From positions 416,001 to 480,000 of the forward strand of contig CALSNU010000004.1 of the NCBI GenBank assembly GCA_943787795.1: 64,000 nt of DNA, in the 5' to 3' direction. The notes under the pieces were generated by a model. The model was not told the DNA's origin. It saw only the letters and a list, made by a program, of their open reading frames with translations, and searched no databases. The stretch's first letter is position 1. Each line of letters begins with the position of its first letter. Shown one piece after another: positions 26,527-35,701 of this stretch. The position numbers and the translations under genes are program-made. The DNA comes from an uncultured bacterium. Lineage in GTDB: Bacteria > Planctomycetota > UBA1135 > GCA-002686595.

Positions 26527-27990
26527 GTGTCGAAGACCCCTCCCTACCCCCTGCCCGATCCCGGCTGGCCCAGCGCCGACGAGGCCGTGATGAGCCGCCT
26601 CTTCGCTCCGATCCGGGTCGGCGCCTTCACCGCTCGCACCAGCACCTGGGTCCCCGCCATGGTGCCCTGGCGGTCCACCGAGGACGGCGACGCGACGCCC
26701 GAGGTCGTCGACTGGTACGGCCGCTTCGCCGACGGGCGCCCCGGCGTCCTCGTCGTTGAGGCCACAGGGATCCGCGACGTCCCGTCGGGGCCCCTGCTCC
26801 GGATCGGCCACGACCGCTTCGTCCCCGGCCTCCGGCGGCTCACCGACGAGGTCCGCGCACGCAGCCACGGCGAGACGCGGGTCCTGATCCAGCTCATCGA
26901 CTTCCTCCGGATCCGCAGGCGCCCGGACCAGGCCGTCTACCTCCAGCGCTTCCTCGGCATCGAGGACCGCCACCGCGAGGCCGCCGGGCTCGACGCCAGC
27001 GCGGAGGACGCCGCGGTCCGCGCGGCCCTCGCTGAACTCCCCCACGAGGAGCTCCTCGCGGCCCTCTCCACCCGCGAGGCCGAGGACCTCGAGTTCGGCG
27101 CGCGAGAGCGCGTCTGGGACACCCATCTGGAGCACATCGCGGAACTCCCGCAGACCCTGCCCGGCCTATTCGCCGACGCCGCCGAGCGGGCCGTGGCCGC
27201 CGGCTTCGACGGGGTCGAGCTGCACTTCGCCCACGCCTACACCATGGCGAGCTTCCTCTCGGCGAGGAACGTGCGCGAGGACGGTTACGGCGGGGACCTC
27301 GAGGGCCGGGTGCGCCTGCCCCTCGAGGTGTTCGCCGCGGTCCGCGAGCGCGTCGGGCCCCACGTCACCGTGGGCTGCCGCATGCTCGGCGACGAGGTCA
27401 TCGAGGGGGGCACCACCCTGGACGAGGCCGCCTGGTTCGCCCGGCGCTTCGCCGAGGCGGGGATGGACTTCATCTCCATCAGCAAGGGCGGCAAGTTCGA
27501 GGACGCCAAGCAGCCCCGGGTCGGCGCCGCCGCCTACCCCTACACCGGCGAGAGCGGCCACGAGTGCATGCCCACCGTGCGCATCGACGACCCCGGCCCG
27601 TTCGGCCGCAACCTGCCCCTCTCGGACGCGGTGCGACGGGCAGTGCGCGAGGTGACTGACGCCGCCCCCGTCGTCGGGTGCGGCGGCCTCGGTACGTTCA
27701 GGGAGGCGGAGGCCGCCCTGGCGGATGGCACCTGCGACATGGTCGCGTCCGCGCGCCAGTCCCTCGCCGACCCCGACTGGTGGCGCAAGATGCAGCTTGG
27801 ACGGGGCGAAGAGGTCCGGCGCTGCATCTACACCAACTACTGCGAGGGCCTCGACCAGAAGCACAAGGAGGTCACCTGCCAGCTCTGGGATCGTCCTGAT
27901 TCCGGGGAGGTCGCCCCGCCCCCCCACTCGGGCTCCCTCCGCAGCTCGGACGGCAAGCGCCAGCTGCTGGCTCCCCGCTGGGACGCCTGA
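26527..27990 (+). CDS. NADH:flavin oxidoreductase (Old Yellow Enzyme family), stand-alone
   Basis: LFAPIRVG, PAMV, AGFDGVELHFAHAY, REDGYGGDLEGRVR, ARQSLADPDW, RRCIYTNYC; start GTG 26527. Confidence 0.9.
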   Translation: MSKTPPYPLPDPGWPSADEAVMSRLFAPIRVGAFTARTSTWVPAMVPWRSTEDGDATPEVVDWYGRFADGRPGVLVVEATGIRDVPSGPLLRIGHDRFVPGLRRLTDEVRARSHGETRVLIQLIDFLRIRRRPDQAVYLQRFLGIEDRHREAAGLDASAEDAAVRAALAELPHEELLAALSTREAEDLEFGARERVWDTHLEHIAELPQTLPGLFADAAERAVAAGFDGVELHFAHAYTMASFLSARNVREDGYGGDLEGRVRLPLEVFAAVRERVGPHVTVGCRMLGDEVIEGGTTLDEAAWFARRFAEAGMDFISISKGGKFEDAKQPRVGAAAYPYTGESGHECMPTVRIDDPGPFGRNLPLSDAVRRAVREVTDAAPVVGCGGLGTFREAEAALADGTCDMVASARQSLADPDWWRKMQLGRGEEVRRCIYTNYCEGLDQKHKEVTCQLWDRPDSGEVAPPPHSGSLRSSDGKRQLLAPRWDA

Positions 27991-28100
27991 GACGCCTTGG
28001 CCTGGATTCCGGCCGGCAGAAAACCCCGGCCCCGGGGCTACATTGTTCTCTGCCCCGGTCTCCCACCGGCCGCACGCTTCGACCCGCTCGCTCCGCTGCA

Positions 28101-29153
28101 ATGACCTCCATCTTCCGCCTCGCCCTCACCGCCGCCGTCCTGCTGGTCGGCTCCACAGCGCCCGCCGCGGCCGCCCAGGACGCCCCGTCTCCGCCGGCCC
28201 CCCCCGCACCCTCCCCGCTGCGGGTCTACACCGTCGGCGCCAGTGTCTCCGCTGGATTCGGACTCTCGGCGGAGCTCGCCACAGAGAAAGACGTGGCCCT
28301 AGCCGTGTTTCTCGAGGCGGTGCTCACCGAGCGCGGCCGTGAACGCGTCACCTTCGTGGACGAGGGAGAGGGGTGGTTCTTCAACGCGCCCTACAAGTCC
28401 GGGGCGAAGCTCGTGGACGCGGCGATCGAGGGGGAGGCAGACCTGGTGGTCGGCGTGGACTTCCTCTTCTGGTACGCCTACGGCAACGGCTCTCGCATCT
28501 CGCCCCGCCGCGCCAAGGGGCTGGAGGCCGGCCTCCGTCAGCTCGAGCGGCTTCAGTGCCCCCTCATCATTGGCGACCTGCCGGACATCTCCCACGCCCT
28601 CAAGGGCAGCGGCCCCTTCGGCGCGCCGATCGTGAACCGTTCCATGTTTCCCTCGTCAGAAGAACGGCTGGCCATGAACGACACCATCCGCGCCTGGGCC
28701 GAGGCACGGCCCGAGGTACGGGTGCTCCCGTTGGCCGACCTCATGCGCCGCTACGTGGAGAGCAAGCCCGTGAAGGTCCGGGACCTGGAGTGGAAGGTCT
28801 CGTCCCTGGGTGAGGCCCTGCAGAAGGACCTCCTCCACCCCAACGCGCGCGGGACGGCCTGGGTCGCCATGATCATCGCCGACGAGATCTCCGCTGTGCG
28901 CGGGTTCGACGGAGGTGACTTCCGCTTCGACGAGGAGGAAGTGATCGGCCAGCTGGGTGAACTCACGAGGCCGAGCCGGGAGCGGCGCGCAGAGAAGGAG
29001 CGCCGGCGCGCGGAGCGCAAGGCCAAGCGCGAGGCCCGAGCCAGAGAGAAGGACGAGGACAAGCAAGAGGAGCGCCGCAGCGAAGAGGACCGAAGCGGAA
29101 AGGACCGAAGCGGAAAGGAAGAGCAGGGCGAGCCGCTCGCGTCGAGCCGCTAA
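28101..29153 (+). CDS. Exported SGNH/GDSL-like hydrolase with charged C-terminal tail
   Basis: Signal peptide; block I-like VGASVSAG and block V DLLHPNARG. Confidence 0.6.
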   Translation: MTSIFRLALTAAVLLVGSTAPAAAAQDAPSPPAPPAPSPLRVYTVGASVSAGFGLSAELATEKDVALAVFLEAVLTERGRERVTFVDEGEGWFFNAPYKSGAKLVDAAIEGEADLVVGVDFLFWYAYGNGSRISPRRAKGLEAGLRQLERLQCPLIIGDLPDISHALKGSGPFGAPIVNRSMFPSSEERLAMNDTIRAWAEARPEVRVLPLADLMRRYVESKPVKVRDLEWKVSSLGEALQKDLLHPNARGTAWVAMIIADEISAVRGFDGGDFRFDEEEVIGQLGELTRPSRERRAEKERRRAERKAKREARAREKDEDKQEERRSEEDRSGKDRSGKEEQGEPLASSR

Positions 29154-29214
29154 GCCGTCATCATCCGTCCTGGCCTCGCCCCTGGTAGGCCACCGCGGCC
29201 CCACCACGAGCTCC

Positions 29215-29940
29215 ATGCCTGCCCCCACCAACGAATCCAGGCGCGCTGGCCGCCTCCGCGGCCTCCTCGCGATCTTCTTGCTCGCAGGCCTGGCAGGGGC
29301 CGCGGCCTTCCTCCCCCTCGGTGAGCTCCTCGACGGAGTCTCACAGCGCGTGGAGACCCTGGGGCCCTTGGGCCCCGTCGCCTTTGGCCTCTTCTACGTG
29401 GTCGCGGCCCTCGCCCTGGTCCCCGGCTCCGCCATCACCCTCGCGGTGGGCGCCCTGTTCGGCGTGGTCATGGGGACCGTGGTCGTCTCCCTCGCGTCCA
29501 CCGCCACCGCCGCCATCGCGTTCCTCCTCGCCCGCACCCTCCTGCGCTCACGAGTCGAGGGTCTCGCGCGCAAGAGCAAGGCGTTTCGCGCGGTGGACGA
29601 AGCCATCGCGGACGGCGGCTGGCGCATCGTCGGGCTCCTGCGGCTCTCCCCCGTGGTGCCCTTCAACGCCCTGAACTACCTGCTCGGACTGACGGCGGTG
29701 CCCTTCGTCCCCGCGGTCCTCGTGAGCTGGATCGCCATGCTGCCAGCCACCGTGCTCTTCGTGTACTTCGGCGCCATCGGGAGAGACGTCGCCGCCGGGG
29801 CCAGCCGCACACCCGCCGAGTGGGCGCTCCTCGGGGTCGGCCTCACGGCGACCCTGGGCGTGACGGTCCTGCTGACCCGCATGGCGCGGGTCCGCCTGGC
29901 CGCTGCCGCCATTGAGGAGCCCTCCGACGACCCGGCGTAG
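29215..29940 (+). CDS. TVP38/TMEM64 (DedA/VTT) membrane protein
   Basis: VPGSAITLAVGALFG, LLRLSPVVPFNALNYLLGLT; start ATG 29215. Confidence 0.92.
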   Translation: MPAPTNESRRAGRLRGLLAIFLLAGLAGAAAFLPLGELLDGVSQRVETLGPLGPVAFGLFYVVAALALVPGSAITLAVGALFGVVMGTVVVSLASTATAAIAFLLARTLLRSRVEGLARKSKAFRAVDEAIADGGWRIVGLLRLSPVVPFNALNYLLGLTAVPFVPAVLVSWIAMLPATVLFVYFGAIGRDVAAGASRTPAEWALLGVGLTATLGVTVLLTRMARVRLAAAAIEEPSDDPA

Positions 29941-29966
29941 CTCCACCCCCTGCGCACCCACGATCC

Positions 29967-31502
29967 ATGACCACCGAGCCCACACCCTCGATGGAAGCTC
30001 TCCCCGAGCTTGCCCCCCTGGACGACCACAACCGCGCCCTCGCGGCGCAGGTCCACCCCGAGGACTGGGTGAACCCCAGCCCGGAGGGCCGCTACAACCT
30101 CGTGGTGCTCGGCGGCGGGACCGCGGGCCTGGTGGCTGCCGCGGGCGCCGCGGGGCTCGGCGCCCGGGTCGCCCTGGTGGAACGCCACCTGCTCGGCGGC
30201 GACTGCCTCGTGACCGGGTGCGTGCCGTCCAAGGCGCTGATCCGATCGGCGCGCGCCGCCGCGAGCGCGCGGCGAGCCGGGGCGCTGGGCGTCCAAACCG
30301 GCGAGGTGACGGTGGACTTCCCGGCCGTCATGGAGCGCATGCGCGCGCTCCGCGCCGGGATCGCGCGCCACGACTCCGCCAGTCGCTTCCGGGACCTGGG
30401 CGTCGACGTGCACCTCGGCGAGGGTCGCTTCGTGTCCCCCACCACTCTCGAGGTGGGCGGCCAGACCCTCCAGTTCGCGCGCGCGGTCATCGCCACGGGC
30501 GCCCGCGCCGCCCTGCCCCCCATCCCTGGCCTGGAGGAGGCCGGCGTCCTCACTCACCGGACGCTCTTCTCCCTGGAGACTCTCCCGCCCCGGCTGGCCG
30601 TGATCGGGGGCGGCCCCATCGGCGCCGAGATGGCCCAGGCCTTCGCGCGCTTCGGCTCACAGGTCACCCTGCTCGAGGCCGGCCCGCGCCTGATGGCCGC
30701 AGACGACCCCGCGGCCAGCGCGGCAGTCCTCGACGCCCTGCGCGCCGACGGCGTCGACGTGCGGCTCGGCGCCCGGGTTCTGGCGGTCCACAGCACCGGG
30801 CCTTTGCGCCGTATCGAGGTCCAAGGCGGGGAGGCGGTGGAGGTGGACCAGGTCCTCCTCGCGGCGGGCCGCGCGCCCAACGTGGAGGGGATCGGCCTCG
30901 AGGAGGCGGGCGTGTCCTTCGATCTGCGCGCGGGCGTCGAGGTGGACGACCGCCTGCGCACGTCGAACCCCCGGATCTTCGCGGCCGGCGACGTGGCCTC
31001 GCGCTACCAGTTCACCCACGCCGCCGACTTTCTCTCCCGGACCGTCCTGCGCAACGCGCTCTTCTTCGGCAGGGCTAACGCCAGCGACCTCGTCATCCCG
31101 TGGGCGACCTATACCGACCCCGAGGTGGCGCACGTCGGGACCACAGCCGATGAGGCTGCGCGCGCTGGCCTCCGCCACGGCGTCATCGAGGTCCCTCTGG
31201 AAGACAACGACCGGGCCGTCCTCGATGGCGAGGCCGCCGGCTTCGTCAAGATCGTCCACGACCCCAAGGGCCGCGTCCTCGGCGCGACGGTGGTGGCGAG
31301 CCACGCCGGCGAGATGATCGGGGAGCTCGTGGGGGCGGTGCAGCGCGGCGCGCGCCTCTCGGAGCTGAGCGGGGTGATCCACCCCTACCCCACCGTGGCC
31401 GACGCCATCCGGCGCGCGGGAGACCAGTTCAACCGCACGCGCTTGACCCCCGGCCGCGCGCGCCTCCTGCGCTGGATCCTTGACCGCCAACGGGGCGCTT
31501 AG
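29967..31502 (+). CDS. MerA-like pyridine nucleotide-disulfide oxidoreductase, without NmerA or the C-terminal Cys pair
   Basis: GGGTAG, GGDCLVTGCVPSK, GGGPIG, AAGD, HPYPT. Confidence 0.88.
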   Translation: MTTEPTPSMEALPELAPLDDHNRALAAQVHPEDWVNPSPEGRYNLVVLGGGTAGLVAAAGAAGLGARVALVERHLLGGDCLVTGCVPSKALIRSARAAASARRAGALGVQTGEVTVDFPAVMERMRALRAGIARHDSASRFRDLGVDVHLGEGRFVSPTTLEVGGQTLQFARAVIATGARAALPPIPGLEEAGVLTHRTLFSLETLPPRLAVIGGGPIGAEMAQAFARFGSQVTLLEAGPRLMAADDPAASAAVLDALRADGVDVRLGARVLAVHSTGPLRRIEVQGGEAVEVDQVLLAAGRAPNVEGIGLEEAGVSFDLRAGVEVDDRLRTSNPRIFAAGDVASRYQFTHAADFLSRTVLRNALFFGRANASDLVIPWATYTDPEVAHVGTTADEAARAGLRHGVIEVPLEDNDRAVLDGEAAGFVKIVHDPKGRVLGATVVASHAGEMIGELVGAVQRGARLSELSGVIHPYPTVADAIRRAGDQFNRTRLTPGRARLLRWILDRQRGA

Positions 31503-31578
31503 CGCCCTGAACGAGGCGCCCCTGGAGCACACCACCGGCTCGGCGCTCGCCCTCCTGCGGGAGGAAGCGTGTCACCCC

Positions 31579-31631
31579 CTCGACGGTCGACCGTACCGGT
31601 GGAGCGTCGAACGCGCCGGTAGACCGTCGAG
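31579..31631. terminator. Imperfect 15-bp inverted repeat between convergent genes (possible terminator or hairpin)
   Basis: CTCGACGGTCGACCG (31579-31593) and CGGTAGACCGTCGAG (31617-31631), 14/15 complementary; no U-tract. Confidence 0.35.
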
Positions 31632-31822
31632 TGTGCCGGCAGCCACGAACCATGGGAGGGGCGGATCAGCCCTCCTTCGCGTCGCCCTCGCCATCGCTCA
31701 TGGCCCGGGCGTACCCGCCGCCGCGGCCAGGCTCGGGCGCGCCAGACCCCCGATCGATCTTCGCGCTGGAGCCCCCTACACCCGGGTCGAGCTCGCTCGT
31801 GCGACAACCCGAGGTCGCCGAG

Positions 31823-33478
31823 CTACGGCCGGCGCGTCAGGAACTCGATGAGGTCGTCACGGTCTGACTGCGGGACGTAGAACGCGTGCGGAGCCGCCGC
31901 TCCACGGGCGGGGTCCAGCAGCGCCTCGAGGTCCGACACCGACCCGTCGTGCAGCAGCGGGCCGCGCAGGTGAACGCCCACCAGTCTGGACACGGCGATC
32001 TCGCGGGGGAGCGAAGGGACCTGCGACTCGGCGAAGATCTGATCGAAGAGCACGAGCCGATCGTCGTAGGTGGAGAGCAGGTCGTCCTGCATGTTGGAGT
32101 ACGGGAACCCACGAACGAGCAGCGTCGATGGCGCGTAGTTGAGCTGCATCACGTCGAGCGAGACCCGGCCGCGCGGCCGCGGATCCGAGGGGTCGCCATG
32201 ACAGCCCGCGCACTCGGCTCCATAGATGACCTCGCCACGCTCGATAGCCTCCAGGTCCCCCTCCGGCGCTTCGGGCGCGCGCAGCTCCTGCGTGTACATC
32301 GCCATCGTCTGCAGCGCGTACTCATCGAGGCGGCGCCCGAAGGGATACGCGGCCGTCCCCGTCACTGGACCGAGCGTCGCATCGATGTAAGGAAAGCCCC
32401 CTGGCGGCGGGGTGACGCCCGTCTCCGCGAAGATGCTCGCCGTCTCGTTCGAGATCTGCGCCCCGATGCCGGGCGCGAACCCGTCGAGGAAGGCCTCTCC
32501 GGGGGCGTCGAGCACGACCGAGGGATCGAGGGCGACGATCGCGCTGAAGTTGATCTCGTCGACCAGCCGGTTGAACTCGCCTGCGACGCCATACGGCGCA
32601 GCCGGCCGCACCTCGTACACCCCTGGGATGGTCACGGGCGCACCGATGCCATCGTAGAGGAGGTCGACCTGGCCGATCGGGTACGCGTCAAGATCAAGGA
32701 GCAGCGCGTCTACATCGGCCTCGGACGCCGTGAACGGCGCGAACGCGCCAGTGCGGCCGATCGGCGCCCCGCCGATTGCGGTGAGCGACAGCGGGAGCTG
32801 CGGATACATCACACGCGAGTTCCGCCCGACGGACAGCAGCAGGCCGTAGTCGAGGTCGAGGTTGCCTGGGCCGTCGATTCGCGCGCCGATCGAACCTGTG
32901 AGCGGGCCGCCTGAGCCTGGCCCGTCGAAGACGGTGCGATCGGCGAGCGAGTGGCACAGCGCACACGAGAAACCGAGCGTGTCCTCATCGTCACCGTCGA
33001 GGAACATATCGCCATCGGCGTCGTCGGCGACGAGGCCGATGAAGGCGTTGCGCGTGAGCAGCTCCTGAAAGAAGAGCGGATCGTTGAGCAGCGGCGCACT
33101 CGCCTGGGAGAGGTCCGTCCCGAGCTCCGCGACCAGATCGTCGGTCTCGGTTGGGTCGAGCGCCAGAGCGTCAATCTGGAGGCCCGCGCCGAGCGCGTCC
33201 TTCGTGGTGAAGTCGACCTCCGCGAGGCCCTGCGGGAGCTGCGCGGCCATGGTCCAGAACCCCTCGTTGCCGAACGTCGCGTCGCGGAAGAACCCGCGTC
33301 CGTCCTCGATGTAGTCCAGCCCACCGCCGTCGCCGCCGCTGTAGGTGCTGCCCTCGCCGTCGCTGCTGCAGGACGAGACGCAGAGTCCGAGCGCTATCGC
33401 GGCGGCCCATGAGCAGGCCTGCCGCGGCAAGAGCAGCGGGATCACACGGGGGCGGGCGGGCGTGTGGTGTGCAGACAT
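31823..33478 (-). CDS. Di-heme c-type cytochrome lipoprotein (MauG/RoxA-like motif set)
   Basis: Lipobox-like CVSSC, CALCH, CAGCH, GPLLHDGSV resembling PYxHNGSV; start ATG 33478 or later. Confidence 0.75.
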   Translation of the reverse strand: MSAHHTPARPRVIPLLLPRQACSWAAAIALGLCVSSCSSDGEGSTYSGGDGGGLDYIEDGRGFFRDATFGNEGFWTMAAQLPQGLAEVDFTTKDALGAGLQIDALALDPTETDDLVAELGTDLSQASAPLLNDPLFFQELLTRNAFIGLVADDADGDMFLDGDDEDTLGFSCALCHSLADRTVFDGPGSGGPLTGSIGARIDGPGNLDLDYGLLLSVGRNSRVMYPQLPLSLTAIGGAPIGRTGAFAPFTASEADVDALLLDLDAYPIGQVDLLYDGIGAPVTIPGVYEVRPAAPYGVAGEFNRLVDEINFSAIVALDPSVVLDAPGEAFLDGFAPGIGAQISNETASIFAETGVTPPPGGFPYIDATLGPVTGTAAYPFGRRLDEYALQTMAMYTQELRAPEAPEGDLEAIERGEVIYGAECAGCHGDPSDPRPRGRVSLDVMQLNYAPSTLLVRGFPYSNMQDDLLSTYDDRLVLFDQIFAESQVPSLPREIAVSRLVGVHLRGPLLHDGSVSDLEALLDPARGAAAPHAFYVPQSDRDDLIEFLTRRP

Positions 33479-33607
33479 GGAGCGATTCACCTCTCCGAAA
33501 GGGGACCATGCTCCGGCGCCCCTCGCATCGAATCTGCGCACTCGAGACCAAAATCGCTCGCAAGGGACGCCCACGGAGCGTCGCGCCGCCTCGGTTCGAG
33601 GCACCCC

Positions 33608-33687
33608 GGAGGCCCGGAGGCCAAGATGGCGGGAGGCCCGGAGGCCAAGGAGGCGGGAGGCGAAGAGGGCTGGAGGGCAGGAGGCGT
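33608..33687. repeat. Degenerate 8-bp tandem repeat x10 (consensus GGAGGCNN) with a 24-bp higher-order period
   Basis: ggaggccc ggaggcca agatggcg ggaggccc ggaggcca aggaggcg ggaggcga agagggct ggagggca ggaggcgt. Confidence 0.8.
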
Positions 33688-33814
33688 CGACCTCAGCGCG
33701 GACCTCAACACGCTCGCGACCGAGTGTCCCAGGGCGGAGAGAAAGCCGCGCACACGCCGCCCTGCGGCGCGCCCCCTGACGGCTTGGGCCGCTACGATCC
33801 TTGGGCCCTTCCCC

Positions 33815-35644
33815 ATGACCATGACGCCCTCCCTCCTTCGACTCGCCGCCGTTGCCGTCACCCTCTTCCCGCTGCTCACCCAGGAGGCCATCGCCCAGGC
33901 CTTCGGACCGGCCCAGATCGTGACCTCAGCCGTCGACTTCCCGGACGGCATCCACGCCGCTGATCTCGATGGCGACGGGGACGAGGATGTGATCTCCGCG
34001 AGCCACGATGACGACAAGGTCGCCTGGTACGAGAACCTCGGGAACGGGACGTTCGGACCCCAGCGGATCCTCTCCGACACCTCGGAATACGCCCGTGAGG
34101 TGTTCGCCGCGGACCTGGACGGGGACGGCGACCTGGACGTCCTCTCAGCCAGCTACCTGGACGACGAGGTGGCCTGGTACCCCAACCTTGGGGCTGGGGC
34201 GTTCGGTCCGATGCAGCTCATCTCCCTCCAGGTCGACGGCCCGGGCGGCCTCCACGCGGCCGACCTCGACGGCGACGGGGACGCCGACGTCCTGGTGGCC
34301 AGCGAGGGCGACGACGAGGTCGTCTGGTTCGAGACCCTGGGCGGCGGCGCCTTCGGGCCGAAGCGGGTCCTCACCACCGAAGCGCGCTTCGCCACGTCCG
34401 TGTACGCGGCCGACCTCGACGGGGACGGCGACCTCGACCCGCTCTCGGCGAGCCCCGTCGACAGCAAGATCGCCTGGTATGAGAACCTCGGCGCCGGCGC
34501 GTTCGCCGCCCAGGAGGTCATCTCCACCGCTGCCGTGACCCCCCGCGCCGTGTACGCCGCCGACCTGGACGGCGACGGCGAAGTCGACGTGCTCTCCGCC
34601 AGCGCCTCCGACGATCGGATCGCCTGGTACCAGAACCTGGGGGGAGGTGCCTTCGGCCCGATCCAGACGATCACCACTGACGCCAACTTTGCCCAGTCCG
34701 TCTTCTCCGCCGACCTGGACGGGGACGGGGACCAGGACGTCCTCTCGGCGAGCCCCTTCGACGACAAGGTCGCCTGGTACGAGAACCTGGGGCTGGGCGC
34801 CTTCGGGCCCCAGCAGATCATCACCGACGCCGCCGATGGCGCGTCGAGAGTGCTGACCGCTGACCTCGACGGGGACGGAGACCCGGACGTGCTTGCGTCG
34901 AGCGTCAACGACGACCAGATCATCTGGTTCGAGAACTTCCTGATGCCGCCGGACTGCAACGGGAACGGCATCCCTGACTTCGAAGACCTGCTCGCCGGCA
35001 CGAGCGACGACTGCAACGGCAACACGATCCCCGACGAGTGCGAGCTGCTGTCAGGAGCGGCGGCTGATTGCAACGGCAACGGCGTCCTCGACAGCTGCGA
35101 GATCGCCGCAGGCGCCGCCGACTGCGACGGAGACGGACGGCTAGACAGCTGTGACATTGCCACAGACCCCACCCTGGACCTGGACGTCAACGGGACGCTC
35201 GATCGCTGCGAGGCGGTCGGGACCACCTACTGCAACCCTGCGGTCCCGAACTCCACGAACCGCTCGGGGGTGATGACGCTCCTGGGCAGCGCCATCGCCT
35301 CGCAGAACGACCTGGAGCTCACCGCCCGCGAGCTCCCGCCCTCGACGTTCGGCTACTTCATCGTGTCGACGACCCCGGCGGCGATCGCCCCCATCCCGAA
35401 CAGCGTCGGGACCCTCTGCGTCACGGGGAGCGTCGGTCGCGGCGTGGGCGGCGGCGTCCTCAGCTCGGGCGCCAATGGCGTGTTTCGAGGCGTCGTGGAT
35501 CTCACCGCTATCCCCCAGCCCACCGGCCACGTCCCGGTCCAGCCCGGTGAGACCTGGCACTTCCAGGCCTGGCATCGGGACAGCCTCCTGGGCGGGCTGA
35601 CGACGTCCAACTTCACCGACGCCGTCTCGGTCACGCTCCAGTGA
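33815..35644 (+). CDS. FG-GAP/VCBS 7-repeat surface protein with DCNGNG repeats and a distinct C-terminal domain
   Basis: Seven ADLDGDG repeats, five DCNGNG-type repeats, C-terminus YCNPAVPNST...WHFQAWHRDS...SNFTDAVSV; start ATG 33815. Confidence 0.9.
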   Translation: MTMTPSLLRLAAVAVTLFPLLTQEAIAQAFGPAQIVTSAVDFPDGIHAADLDGDGDEDVISASHDDDKVAWYENLGNGTFGPQRILSDTSEYAREVFAADLDGDGDLDVLSASYLDDEVAWYPNLGAGAFGPMQLISLQVDGPGGLHAADLDGDGDADVLVASEGDDEVVWFETLGGGAFGPKRVLTTEARFATSVYAADLDGDGDLDPLSASPVDSKIAWYENLGAGAFAAQEVISTAAVTPRAVYAADLDGDGEVDVLSASASDDRIAWYQNLGGGAFGPIQTITTDANFAQSVFSADLDGDGDQDVLSASPFDDKVAWYENLGLGAFGPQQIITDAADGASRVLTADLDGDGDPDVLASSVNDDQIIWFENFLMPPDCNGNGIPDFEDLLAGTSDDCNGNTIPDECELLSGAAADCNGNGVLDSCEIAAGAADCDGDGRLDSCDIATDPTLDLDVNGTLDRCEAVGTTYCNPAVPNSTNRSGVMTLLGSAIASQNDLELTARELPPSTFGYFIVSTTPAAIAPIPNSVGTLCVTGSVGRGVGGGVLSSGANGVFRGVVDLTAIPQPTGHVPVQPGETWHFQAWHRDSLLGGLTTSNFTDAVSVTLQ

Positions 35645-35701
35645 CGGCGCCACAGGCGCCTTGCCGGCCCTCAAGATCGACGGCGTCGCCGTGACGGACG
35701 G

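Noticed and set aside
29967..31502. Mercury resistance (merA)
   Set aside because: Lacks NmerA and the C-terminal Cys-Cys pair, and no merR/T/P genes are nearby.
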